Positions 1-11,500 of a DNA stretch of 24,683 nt are shown one piece after another. Each line of letters begins with the position of its first letter. Position 1 is the stretch's first letter. The stretch lies in IMG/VR virus record IMGVR_UViG_3300021389_000152, positions 1 to 24,683 of that record. One strand, 5' to 3'. Origin of the DNA: a virus (taxonomy: Duplodnaviria; Caudoviricetes). Made by a program: the position numbers and the translations under genes. The notes below the pieces were generated by a model that made no database searches, was not told the origin of the DNA, and saw nothing but the letters and a program-made list of their open reading frames with translations.

Positions 1-2
1 GA

Positions 3-1709
3 CAACCCAATGTAGATTGGGCACAGACTTTCCAGAACTATGCCTTAAATATGGAAGAGCTTCTACTTCAGGACGATGACTACGATCCAATTATTTTAGC
101 ATCTGACGCTGAGAAGATTTTCTTTAAGTGGATGTCTGCTCTTGGAGCGATGGACTTTAGACCTACAGATTCTAACGAATCTAGTAATGGCGCGTATTCA
201 GAGAACGATAATGCAATTCTAGGAGGTTCGAACTACGATAGAGTAGTTAAGTATTTAGGTAGTATCGATGCAGAGAATGATGTGGCTTACCAAGGTAATA
301 CATATCACGAAGTCTACATTAATGTACCTACGTCTGTCGGTAATACTCCGTTGGTTTTATTTAGACCATACGACTATAATACGACAAATTCAAAACTTTA
401 TTTAGATTCAAATAATCAGAATATCGAAGGTAGAGAGGGCCAAACACACCCAGATCCAAACATTAACTTAGCACCGGTTGTAGATGGCTGGTCTTCACAA
501 GATGGAGGGTTTTACGATATTCAGACCAATGGTACAAATTCAGTAGGTATTGATTGGGACTCAACCTCTTATGCAGGAATTCAGAATAACCCTGATGTAA
601 AGTCTTTATTAGACTTTGCAAAGACTGGACAACAATTTAGATTTAATGCCGTTCTAGTTTACTATGATTTATATAGCCAGTCAATTCCAGCAAACAGATC
701 TACCAACCTTTATGGTATCTTAATCTTAGATGATATTGTAGACAATCCAGGCCCTGGTACAAAAATACATGAACAAATTAAGTTTAAGCCTAATGAAGTT
801 ACCGGTCTTAATGGTAATGCTTATTCATTAAAATTAAATCTTAAATTTAATTCATCTCTAGATAATGTAGGTGTTGAGACAAGTGTAAATGACTTTACTA
901 CTTTCTCGATGGACCTTTTTATGGATACGACTACAGCCCTAGAAAATGCAACAGATTTATTATTACAAACTAATAATAGATATGGTAAAGTTACTGATAG
1001 ATTAGATAGTTTAGAGAATATAATTCTAGGTACTGCAAAAGCAGCTGCTCTAGAAGCTAGAATAAAAGAATTAGAAGATGACTTTACAGCGTCTTCGTTG
1101 CAGTTACAGGATTCAAGCTCTTTGTTAGATCTTGTAAATAACGCACATGGTAAAATTAATCAATTAATAGATGGTACAATTCCAGTAGAATTACAATATA
1201 ATACAGATGTAATATTTGCAGGAAAGGGAACTACGGTTGATAAATCAATAGCCGGTAAAATTAAAGTAAACAATATCGTTGACGGATATGTTATTGCTGA
1301 CGTATTTAGATGGGACTTAGGTTCATCGACTGTGGTTAGTCAATTAACTACAAATAACTTATACGACCCAACCAATGCTAATCAGTATGGTGTTTGGTCT
1401 AAGTTAGTACCCTTCTCTAATAGATTAAGTCTAAAGAATATTACAGACTCTGGGGTATTCAACGGAAATCTAAATATATACATTGATGATTCTACTAACG
1501 GATGGGCGAAAGGCCAGATCTTTAGAGTTGCATTAGATAATATAGACATTAACGGAAACAATATAAAAATTTGGACAGGTACTTCTACAGGTTTCACACA
1601 AGCAGTTGCTAATATCGACCCTTCAAGGTTGATTACAACAACTCCTTATATTGAAGTTGTATGTATGGACCCATCTAATTACGTATTTGAAGCAGATATA
1701 CTAAGATAA
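3..1709 (+). CDS. Phage virion structural protein (baseplate/tail region), 5'-truncated
   Basis: The frame is open from position 3 (QPNVDWAQTFQNYALN-M51), so the gene probably begins before the window. It has a coiled-coil segment (LDSLENIILG...LEARIKELED). Structural role is inferred from context only. Confidence 0.6.
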   Translation, partial: QPNVDWAQTFQNYALNMEELLLQDDDYDPIILASDAEKIFFKWMSALGAMDFRPTDSNESSNGAYSENDNAILGGSNYDRVVKYLGSIDAENDVAYQGNTYHEVYINVPTSVGNTPLVLFRPYDYNTTNSKLYLDSNNQNIEGREGQTHPDPNINLAPVVDGWSSQDGGFYDIQTNGTNSVGIDWDSTSYAGIQNNPDVKSLLDFAKTGQQFRFNAVLVYYDLYSQSIPANRSTNLYGILILDDIVDNPGPGTKIHEQIKFKPNEVTGLNGNAYSLKLNLKFNSSLDNVGVETSVNDFTTFSMDLFMDTTTALENATDLLLQTNNRYGKVTDRLDSLENIILGTAKAAALEARIKELEDDFTASSLQLQDSSSLLDLVNNAHGKINQLIDGTIPVELQYNTDVIFAGKGTTVDKSIAGKIKVNNIVDGYVIADVFRWDLGSSTVVSQLTTNNLYDPTNANQYGVWSKLVPFSNRLSLKNITDSGVFNGNLNIYIDDSTNGWAKGQIFRVALDNIDINGNNIKIWTGTSTGFTQAVANIDPSRLITTTPYIEVVCMDPSNYVFEADILR

Positions 1710-1710
1710 T

Positions 1711-4700
1711 ATGAACACAAACAATTCTATTTCCAACTCATTAAAGAGGCTCTTAGAGCTTAATACTAATTCATTAAAAACTTTTGAAAGAATTAATGAA
1801 GCAGTTACTACTGATCAAAAAAGTATTCCATTAGAAATACTTACAGATGAGGGTACTAAAATAGTGTCTATTCCTGGGTTTAACTTTATGCAAAAAGAAT
1901 TGCAAAGATTAGATACTAATCTAAAAGCGCTAACTGGTTTAGGCAAAGGTTCAACTAAGATTAAATTACCAGATGGTACTTTTCAAAATATTATTACATC
2001 TGCTCTTAAGAGTCCTGCAAATGACTTTACTGCTGTAGCAAGACCTATTACGTTTTCTACTGCTCCAAATTATTTTGCTGAGGATTTCTTAAATCCAATG
2101 CTAAAAACTTCTTTTGACATAAGTGGTCAAATACCAAATGATACAGAAAGAGTTTTAGTAAAAAGAATTATTTTTGATTCTTCAAATCAGACTGCTGTGG
2201 ATTGGTTTAATGAAAATTATAGAAACCAAGAGAATATCGATTATTTAACTGCAATTAGAGATGTAGTAAATAATAACATTGCATATATCGTTGATGAAGA
2301 ATTAAGAGATATGCCATATAGAACTGGACAATATACTGGAAAGTTTGATGTCCTATCGATCTCGAATTCACAAAGAGAAGTTTTAGTTGATGGTGTTACT
2401 ACAAAACAAGCTATTAAATTATACACTTTAGATAAATTAACATACTCTGATAAAGGTAAAGATCTAGACCAGACTGAATTAATCCGCGTAGGAGATGAAT
2501 TGATGGTCGCTGGTGGATCTAAAAACACAAGATATAGAATTAACAAGCTGGACTCTTCAACTAGACAGGTTGAGCTTAGATTGATTGAGGGCTATGAGCC
2601 AATTAAAATTGGAGCTAACGCGTTAGGTATCTATAAGAACGAAGATAATAACTTACAAATTGAAATACCATGTGGATTCAACGAGAGAGTTTTAATGTTT
2701 ATGAAAGCAATTGATGCTGATTCTAAACTATTAGCAGAGAACTGGTCTCCAGGTGTTGGTTATTATACAAACGAATTAATTCTTACTCAAGAGGATGGTA
2801 TAAAAATTACATTAGCAGAATACTATAAAGAGAATGTAGCTGATTTCAGTAGAATGATTGATGCATTAAAAGTAGATTCAATACCTCCTGCAGCAATTGG
2901 TGTATCTCCGGATGCTCCTGTTTTAAATTCTGAAAACTTTAAAGTTGTACAGGTTAATACACACTTAAGTGCAAATGATGCTAAGGGTAAGATTTCAAAA
3001 TTAAGTGCTGATAAAATTACAGTTGATGAGTCTGTTAAGAAATTAGATTCAACTATTTCTAAGAAACGTGGAGAAATTGCTACCAAGAAATATAGATCTG
3101 AAGTACAAAGAGATAAAGATAAATCAGAATTAAACTCACTTATAGAAGAAAGAGTTTCAGAATCTAAAATGTTTAGCTCTATTGTAAATCAAATACAAAG
3201 TGTTTCTACAGATACTAACGTTAAGAAGATTAGCCCTAAATATAGAATTAGAGGTTTCTGGGCAATACCAGGTGCTAAGAAGGTTGCAGATACTGCAGAT
3301 CAAGAAGTAGTACAGTTTATTGTTGCATATAGATACCTATCTACTTCTGGTAAATCAGGAGAGGCTGCTCAACTTAAGTTTGCAGAAGATGGTAGAGAAA
3401 AAACTGCAGTATTCTCAAACTGGAATGAAAAGAAAACTAAAGTAAGACCAAGAGCTAAGTCAATTGCACCAGATGGTACAGTTGCTACTAAGTTTTCATG
3501 GCAGCCATCAAGAGTTGAAGATGGTCAAGAAATTAACTTCAATCAATTAGATATTGCAATTAGTCAAGGTGAAACTGTAGAAATTAGAGTTAAATCTATT
3601 TCAGAGGCAGGTTACCCTCAAAACCCAATCATGTCAGATTGGTCAGAGTCAATGACGGTTGCTTTTCCAGAAGCAGAAATTGATACTAATGATATTGCTG
3701 CAACAGTTGAAGCCAATCTAGCTGAATTAGCTAGAGTAAGAATGATTGAAGAGTTAACCGCTCAGGGTGTTTACACTCACGTCGGAGATTCTTTCTCTGC
3801 AAATGAAAGTTATTATGCTCACGTTGCAACTAATATTGCATCAGGGTTTTTAACAGACGAACAAAAGCCTATTTCTGTATACGATAAAATTGCAGAATTA
3901 GAAGCTGCACTAGCAGGACTTAAAGGTACTGTTGAAGCTGAAGTTGGTGAATTGGTTGTTAAAATTGTTGATGAAGATGGTACAGTGACTAACGTTACTA
4001 AAGATCAAACAGTTCAATTATTTGCTGGGTATTATGTAAATGAGGTTGCTGATTTAGCAATTAGAAAAGGACATATTGTAAACAAGACATTTAGATTACA
4101 ATTAGAAAATAGTAAAGCTACTAAATTAGAATTAGTATCTAAACTAGTTGGTAATAGAGATAAAGCTGCATATAGATCTTCTACTGCAAACTCAACAGAG
4201 GCTAGTAACGGATTTGGTATTGAACAAAACGATAGTCTTAGTGAAGCGGTAGATAAAAAAGTAGAAAACGATAGTTACTACTTGGTTGAAGGTAAATATG
4301 ATTTAGCACCTATACAGTACCAAAACGTAAATACTAATGATTTTGAAGAGACTGGAGATGCTCCATATCAATCAACACAAAGAAGGGGTCAGTTTATTTA
4401 TAGCAGATTTATGGATGTTGCAAATCAAGACTCCCACTATATTGTTGAGCCTTTAGAATCAGAAACAACACCTTATGATATTACCGACTATGAGTATGGA
4501 TTAAGTTATAGTTCTGCACTTCAATTAGCTGAAACTGGCGGTGCAAATGATTTTATTTGGAGTGGTACTTTTAACAGCTATGATTGGGCAAATGGATGGT
4601 CTACAGATCACATAAATACAGCCCCTATTGGTTCTACTAACCTTAATCTTTATCAATATAATGTGGGTATGTTTGTACATAAAGACCACCCTCTTTTAGA

Positions 4701-5439
4701 AAACCTATGGTCGGGTGCTGCAGAGCAGAGTACAATAGTTGATGTTGATGCTCTTAGAAAGTCAATGATTTTCTCAATGCCTAAAACTGCAACAAAAGCG
4801 ACAGGCTCTACGCTATTTAGTTTCTTTGGTTACAATAGCCTTTTAGCAAATGCAAAAGTTGGAAATAAACAACAAACTGCATATCATAACGGGAGGGGTT
4901 TAAAAGAAAAGACTTTATGGGCTAATTCTAATACACCTGAAGATTTAGATAGACCTATTAAAATGTCTTATGAAGAAAGCGATCAATATTTACTAGGTGG
5001 TAGGTCTTGTGGTGCATTTTTATATATGAACCCTGTTAATATAGAGACTTTAAAAGTTGGCGGTGATACTAAAAGAAGTAAAAAACAAATAAACCCTAAA
5101 AAAGATAATTCATCTAATGCCGTTTCTGTTGAAATTGTATTTCAATATAGAATGACTGATTATTTTGGTAATAATCCAGATACAGATACTGGTAGAGTTG
5201 GAGGATTCGCTAGATTAGCCTACAATAACTTGACTTATACTAAGAAGGTTGGTTTTGATATTTTCGATAAATTTGGTGAGCAGTTCTCTTTTGACTTAGA
5301 GGTGTTTGCTAAATATAGCCCTAAAGGTAAGAATTTAAACTCTATTAGAGCGGCAAGATTAACGAGAAATACGTCAGCACCAATTAATAGCTGGTATAGC
5401 CCATCTAGTAACGGTAGACGAAACATCTTTCAGCAGTAA
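1711..5439 (+). CDS. Large virion structural protein with coiled coils and an FN3-like domain
   Basis: 1242-aa ORF starting 1 nt after the previous stop. Coiled coils at about aa 425-500 and 720-745. FN3-type C-terminal strands (TVEIRVKSISEAG...SDWSE). Confidence 0.6.
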   Translation: MNTNNSISNSLKRLLELNTNSLKTFERINEAVTTDQKSIPLEILTDEGTKIVSIPGFNFMQKELQRLDTNLKALTGLGKGSTKIKLPDGTFQNIITSALKSPANDFTAVARPITFSTAPNYFAEDFLNPMLKTSFDISGQIPNDTERVLVKRIIFDSSNQTAVDWFNENYRNQENIDYLTAIRDVVNNNIAYIVDEELRDMPYRTGQYTGKFDVLSISNSQREVLVDGVTTKQAIKLYTLDKLTYSDKGKDLDQTELIRVGDELMVAGGSKNTRYRINKLDSSTRQVELRLIEGYEPIKIGANALGIYKNEDNNLQIEIPCGFNERVLMFMKAIDADSKLLAENWSPGVGYYTNELILTQEDGIKITLAEYYKENVADFSRMIDALKVDSIPPAAIGVSPDAPVLNSENFKVVQVNTHLSANDAKGKISKLSADKITVDESVKKLDSTISKKRGEIATKKYRSEVQRDKDKSELNSLIEERVSESKMFSSIVNQIQSVSTDTNVKKISPKYRIRGFWAIPGAKKVADTADQEVVQFIVAYRYLSTSGKSGEAAQLKFAEDGREKTAVFSNWNEKKTKVRPRAKSIAPDGTVATKFSWQPSRVEDGQEINFNQLDIAISQGETVEIRVKSISEAGYPQNPIMSDWSESMTVAFPEAEIDTNDIAATVEANLAELARVRMIEELTAQGVYTHVGDSFSANESYYAHVATNIASGFLTDEQKPISVYDKIAELEAALAGLKGTVEAEVGELVVKIVDEDGTVTNVTKDQTVQLFAGYYVNEVADLAIRKGHIVNKTFRLQLENSKATKLELVSKLVGNRDKAAYRSSTANSTEASNGFGIEQNDSLSEAVDKKVENDSYYLVEGKYDLAPIQYQNVNTNDFEETGDAPYQSTQRRGQFIYSRFMDVANQDSHYIVEPLESETTPYDITDYEYGLSYSSALQLAETGGANDFIWSGTFNSYDWANGWSTDHINTAPIGSTNLNLYQYNVGMFVHKDHPLLENLWSGAAEQSTIVDVDALRKSMIFSMPKTATKATGSTLFSFFGYNSLLANAKVGNKQQTAYHNGRGLKEKTLWANSNTPEDLDRPIKMSYEESDQYLLGGRSCGAFLYMNPVNIETLKVGGDTKRSKKQINPKKDNSSNAVSVEIVFQYRMTDYFGNNPDTDTGRVGGFARLAYNNLTYTKKVGFDIFDKFGEQFSFDLEVFAKYSPKGKNLNSIRAARLTRNTSAPINSWYSPSSNGRRNIFQQ

Positions 5440-5466
5440 TCCTTCATTTAGTTAGATAATAATCTT

Positions 5467-5475
5467 GATATATAA
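5467..5475 (+). promoter_or_regulatory. Putative phage late promoter GATATATAA
   Basis: Exact 9-mer in the intergenic gap, 38 nt before ATG 5514. The same 9-mer recurs at 13664, 20134 and 21828, each just upstream of a start. Confidence 0.65.
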
Positions 5476-5495
5476 TAGAGACGAAAGATCTCTAT
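5475..5495 (+). promoter_or_regulatory. GNRA-capped hairpin in the leader of the giant gene
   Basis: ATAGAGA(5475-81)-C-GAAA-G-A-TCTCTAT(5489-95), with a possible outer pairing AATCTT(5461-66)/AAGATT(5499-5504). No U-tract follows. Confidence 0.55.
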
Positions 5496-5513
5496 AATAA
5501 GATTTAAAACTGA

Positions 5514-8500
5514 ATGGCACAATTAATACTTAAAGGTAATTTAGAAACATCTGCAATCCTAGCGATTCAGAATGGTCCTAGTAGCGTAAACAATAGTACA
5601 AAATACTTTGATGATTCCAGTAATGCGAATGCTGGTGTATTAGAGGTAGGTAATATACTTTATGATACAAGTGATACTAACCCATCAACAGGTACAGTAT
5701 ATGCACCTGGCAGTAATGGGTGGCACTGGGATGAAACAAACCAAAGTGCAATACAATTAGATGGTGTCACTGATATAGGACAGGTTGATACTATTACTCC
5801 CGTGTCTTATGATACTTTAAGTTCAAACGTATCAAGTGTCGATGAGGGTGGTTCTGTTATATTTACAGTAGCTACTACTAATATTCCAAATGGTACAGAA
5901 GTAGGTTATACTTTATCGGGTACTAACATTGATGGTAATGATTTTACAGTAGGTTCGCTAACAGGTACTATAACCATTACGAGTGACTCTGGTTCTGTTA
6001 CATTTACTCTAGCTGAAGATACTACTACAGAAGGTGCTGAGACATTAACTTTAACATTAGACGCACTCGATGATAATAGTATTACAACAGGCACACTTAC
6101 ACACGATGTTACTATAAATGATACATCAGAAACCCCTAACAGCGCTCCGACTGTAAATAGCCAAACATTTAATGTAACTCAAAATAATGACGCTGCTGAT
6201 AGTGTAACAATAGATCTTCAACAGATTACTAGTGACCCAGAGAGTGACCCATTAATATGGAAAATTATTACTTTACCGGCAACAGGTGAGTTAAGAGATA
6301 ATTATGATCCTTCTGCTGCAATTACTACAGGGCAATTGGTTTATGAACTACAAACAGATGGTGGTGGAAATAACTACATAGTTAAATACCACCCTGGTAA
6401 TACAGTTGCAGGCGGTGTAGTTAATTTTACATTTAGAGCAGAAGACGATAACGGCGGTGTATCAAATATTGGTACAATTACAATAAACGTTAATGCACCT
6501 GCTAATCAACCTCCAACTGGTAATCCAATAACCATAAGCTTAGTAGCCGACGGTAATACTAATTCCGATACTTTTACTAGAGTTGCGACCGACCCTGAGA
6601 ACCAGAGTATGACTTTTAATTGGTGTAATGCATCAGGTGTAACAACCGGTCTTCCCTCGTTAAACCATGGGGCTTTAACTCAAGTAGGTTCCGGTCAAAC
6701 TTTTCAGTATACACAAAATACTCAATTATACATTGCTCCAGGTTCTAACCCATCTACACTAACAGATGTTTTTTACTATAAAGCAAATGATGGTACTGAC
6801 GATTCTGCTCCGATTCAAGTAACTGTTAATAATACTTCAACTAGTAATACGGCCCCGGTATGGAAACAGAATGGGCAAGCATATAGCGCTCCAGGCAATT
6901 CAATTGCTATTATAGCCGGCTCTCCATTTACTGTTACTGGCTTAACTGCTACAGATGTTGATCCAAATCAAAGTTTAAGTTATTCGGTAAATGTCAATCC
7001 AAATGGAAGTGCTACAGCAAATTATAGTGCTAGTACTGAGACCTTTACGGTTAATGGAATAACTGCAGGTCAAACTACAGTAACCTTAACTGCGAATGAC
7101 GGAATTACAACATCAGTTCTTACTTATCAGTTTACTATAACAGAGGTGCCATATAGAGGGATTCAGTATTCTGCATTTACAAACTCTGATCAGTCAGCAT
7201 GTGCACAAGCTAGAAGCACTGGGCTAGATCAATACTATTACGAAACAGCGCCTAACGGTACAACGTTCTTATCTACTTTAGCAGTAGGAGACTTTATTTA
7301 TGTCGATGATGACTTACAGCCTACAAGTAGGGTAATTCCTACAAGTGCTAGTAGCACGTGGGTTTCTGTAGAAGAAACATCACAGGGAACTGTAAAAGCA
7401 CTTCAATTAAATGCAACAACCGGGGCAATAGAAAGTATATTAAATTGTACAACCGCCGGTGGTGCTGCATGGGAAATACTTAATGTTACATATAACGCAC
7501 AGGCTGCTGATTATTGTAACGGAATATATCAAACAGGTAATGTTTGGCAAAATGTTTTAGATCCGCAGCAATCCGGAGGTACTGTAACTTTAACTGATGT
7601 TGTGGCAGCAGGCGGTCAATTATTTGCATCGGAATATTGGGCAAACCAATATGCGGGCCAAACTGCTCCAGCAAGTGTCATATTAGCACAAGGTGCATAC
7701 GGAGATTCTAGTATTACATCTAATCAATATTTTTACTGGGATACTGCAATTGCAGATTGGTTAGAACCAGATCCAACAAACGCACCTGGAGTCTATCTTA
7801 TTACATGTCCGACACCAATAACATACATAACAAAATCACTAGATGTTAGATATTATAGTGCTGATCCTACTAATATAGGTGCAGTATGTAATGCTATAGG
7901 AGGTTTACCGTGGGCTGATGTCGATGATGAACGTTTTGATTTAGTTACAATTTATTTTAGATGGGATGCTGCTAATGCTAATCAAAACCCAAGCCTATTA
8001 GACGTTGCTAAAACAACCATTAATAGTGGTTCTAAGATTCAAATTTTTGTAACTGCTAGTGGGGCAGAAAGTCAAAATTATTCATTATTACAGCCTAGTT
8101 CAGTTTTACTAGATGCTACTAGCGGTGGCTTTGTATTATGGGATAATGATGATTATACTGGGTATGATGGTACATATAACTGGTTTGCATTCGATACTAA
8201 TAATGTATTAGAACAGGCTGCTACTAGTTCACAATTAGGAACATGTAGCGATGGTATTGCAGGTCCTTTAGCAGATTATCAAAGAGATGCCCTTTGGAGT
8301 ATAACTCAACAAGTTGATTTTGACGATAACTTGGGTGTAATTGACACGATACAAGTAGGTAACCATCTGGGTTCTAAAAATTCTATATTCTTTGCATTTT
8401 ACGCATGTGAGCCTCAATTAGATCCAGGTATACCTGGAGGTCAACCATATTACCCTGTTTACGTGGTAGATGGTATGGTAGATATTGAACAGTTTAGCGA

Positions 8501-11500
8501 AAGTGGAGTATCTTATGTTAACGATTTTATGAGGACTATTAACGTTGGTGATAAAAACGTTAGAGCTCAGGTTAAAATAGATGGTAAATGTTTTACTTAT
8601 ATAAATTATATAGCTGCAACAAATATTGAGGAGGCTGTAGATTTAATGCAAAATGAAATCGATATAATTGCAGGATCCGGAGATATGGATGCCAAGGCAA
8701 TTTCTATTAATGCGGTTGATTTTGGATTAGGTAGCCAAGCATCTGTTGTTTGGAGAAACTTTACACAAGGAGAAGAGGGTACAATATGTTACTCATGTGC
8801 ATCAGGAACTCAAGGAACTAATCACAACTGGGCTACGTATGCATTTCCAGCAATGGATAATGCTGAGGTATTAAATAGAACATCTCCTAATTTTAATTTA
8901 GAAGAAAACTACGTATTAGATAATGTATCTAAACCCCTATTAAGAACAAACCCTAAATTAACAACTAATGCTAAATTAGTAGCAAATAGTACTGATGAGA
9001 TTTTTCTTGAATCTATTGATGCGACTAAAGAGTTAGCTTCAGTTGAGTATAAGAAATGGGCGCTTAACCCAGAGGGACAGTGGTCTCAAGACTTATACAA
9101 GTTTTACAAGAGTAGTTCCACTCCTTCTGATATAATGTACGCGACAAGGGCTGATTACTCAGATTTTACAGTACAAGATAGTTTTGATAAACAAATTGAA
9201 GAGGTTTATCATTACGGAACAACATATAACTATTCTAAACTTCATACTGAAGAGTTAAGAATGTTAGCACCTATTTGGTTAGATAAAGATATTCCTAAAA
9301 AGTTTGTTATATTTAGAGTTAACGACCCTGTTGGAGAAATGGACTTTGATACAAGAACTAACTTTGACAATATACAGGATCTTCTAAAGAACTCTGAAAT
9401 TATTAAGACCTTTGATTTAACTACAGATTCAGCAATTGGTAAATATATTAGAAACCATGTTAATGCTGAGTCGTTCCCTAAATCACCAATACAGTTTAAC
9501 TTTGAAAAGAGAGAGAAAAGTAGCTTTAATGGTATTGATTTAGGAAAGGGTGGATTTACTAGCAAGGGTGAATATTTACATAAAGACTTTGTTAGAGCTG
9601 ATAGCCCTCTTATTGCTAGTAATGAAATGATTACAGACGGTTTTGAAAGAAATAAACTTGCATGTGCTAACTTAATCAATATAGAGTTTTTATTTGATGA
9701 CCATAACGCTAAAGACTATTCTATTAATAGATATTTTGGGCTGTATGTAAATGATATTGATTCAGGATATGGTAGTATACGTTCTGCAAATAATGGAGAT
9801 GTTATTTTTAAAAGTTTAAACTCACATATTAACGATCTTCCAAAATCTGCAATACCATCGTTTAAACAAGTATCAACAACTCCTACATTGGCATATCTTA
9901 ATATAAGCGACGAGTTCTATAAAGTATCGTCAAGAGCCCAGTATGACACTAATAATCTAAATGTAATTGTAGAAGATAGTAACAATCAAATACCTGCCGA
10001 GATTAAAACAGCTCCTAATGGTAATTCTATTGATATTATTAAAAGTGATTTACCAGGATTTGATTTTGTTAAGTTCACTGTCACGGGAACACCTGCGGTA
10101 AACGATAGGTTTACAGTATTTGAGTCTAGAGAATCAGTATATTCAATTAAGTTTTTAAGACATATACCAAATGAATCCTGGAACATGTCTATTAATATTG
10201 ACGGTGCTGTAATTAATATTCCTGTTATTAACATTGGTAACGATGTTGGGGATGCTTACGCAGCAATTAAAAACGCACTTAATGCGTACAAAGACAATAT
10301 AGCTATTACTTATGAGGGTCCAAACAGTAAATATCCTAATACTATTTTTATTAATGAGGTTAACGCTTCTTTACAAGATTTACAACTTTCGTTTACAGGA
10401 AACGGAGTAAATACTAGTAGTATTGCTAAGGTTACACAGATGCAGACTTCTATTAATTTAGATAGCTCTACGTTCTTTGCAACACACTCACTAGCGCCTG
10501 GTTCATACAATGGTAATTTTTATTCCCTAGAAGGCACGACCTCTGAGATCGCTAAAGCGATTGTAGGATGTGTTAACAATAGTAGTATCAACTTTACTGC
10601 AATAATAAATGACGGTGCGTCTGATTTCTATATTAAGAATGCGGTAAGTGGTTATAGACTTTTACAGTCCGGTATTTTAATACCTGCTAATAATGCCAAT
10701 ACTTTTATTACATTAAACAACAGAGACTTAAAAACAGTAAATAACCCTGGTGGTTTACTTAAACTTTCAGAAAATATAATTGACAATAACTTTGTACATT
10801 ACATGAATGGTGGTAATTCTGCTGGTAAATCAGTTTTAGTAACTAAAGATTCTGTTTCAGATGTTGCTGTCGGTAATATGTTACCAACACCTTCAGTTGG
10901 TGTTTACAATGAGATTATTGACATAGTCGATGATATTACAACACCTAATACTATTTACCAGAAACTAATACTAGATAAAAAGAATTACATTGAAAGTGGC
11001 GAACAAAAATTATACTCTGAAAATATAGCTAGACTTGGATTATTCTCAGCCTATGATATTCATGATATGAACTTTGATTTCTATGATATAGAAAACTCTG
11101 AGCTAAAGGAATTAGAGTATGAAACTCCAGCAATTATTAACTATGAGCCTGAAAGAAGTCAACAAAATACACTCGAGGTGTTTAGTACTGATTACGATAT
11201 ATCAGATCCATATACTTATTTTAGTGGAATTAACGATCGTTTAGGAGAGGAAACTGAAGCCGAGAATGATGAGATTAAATTGTTTACTGAATATGATAGG
11301 TTACAAGAGAATAATTTAAAAGAATTTGCAATACAATCTAGAGTAGTTCCTAATATAAATAAATGGACACTAAAAGATAGTTTAACTGTAAGAGAGCAAC
11401 CTTATTATCTAAATGCTAACGAGGCTTTTGGTAGAACTAACTTCTCACCGGACTTTAATTCTGTTGGTAGAGATAGACTGGGAATGACCCATGAATGGTT

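Noticed and set aside
11354-11361. Canonical T4 late promoter TATAAATA
   Set aside because: Mid-gene, far from any start, and expected by chance in AT-rich DNA.
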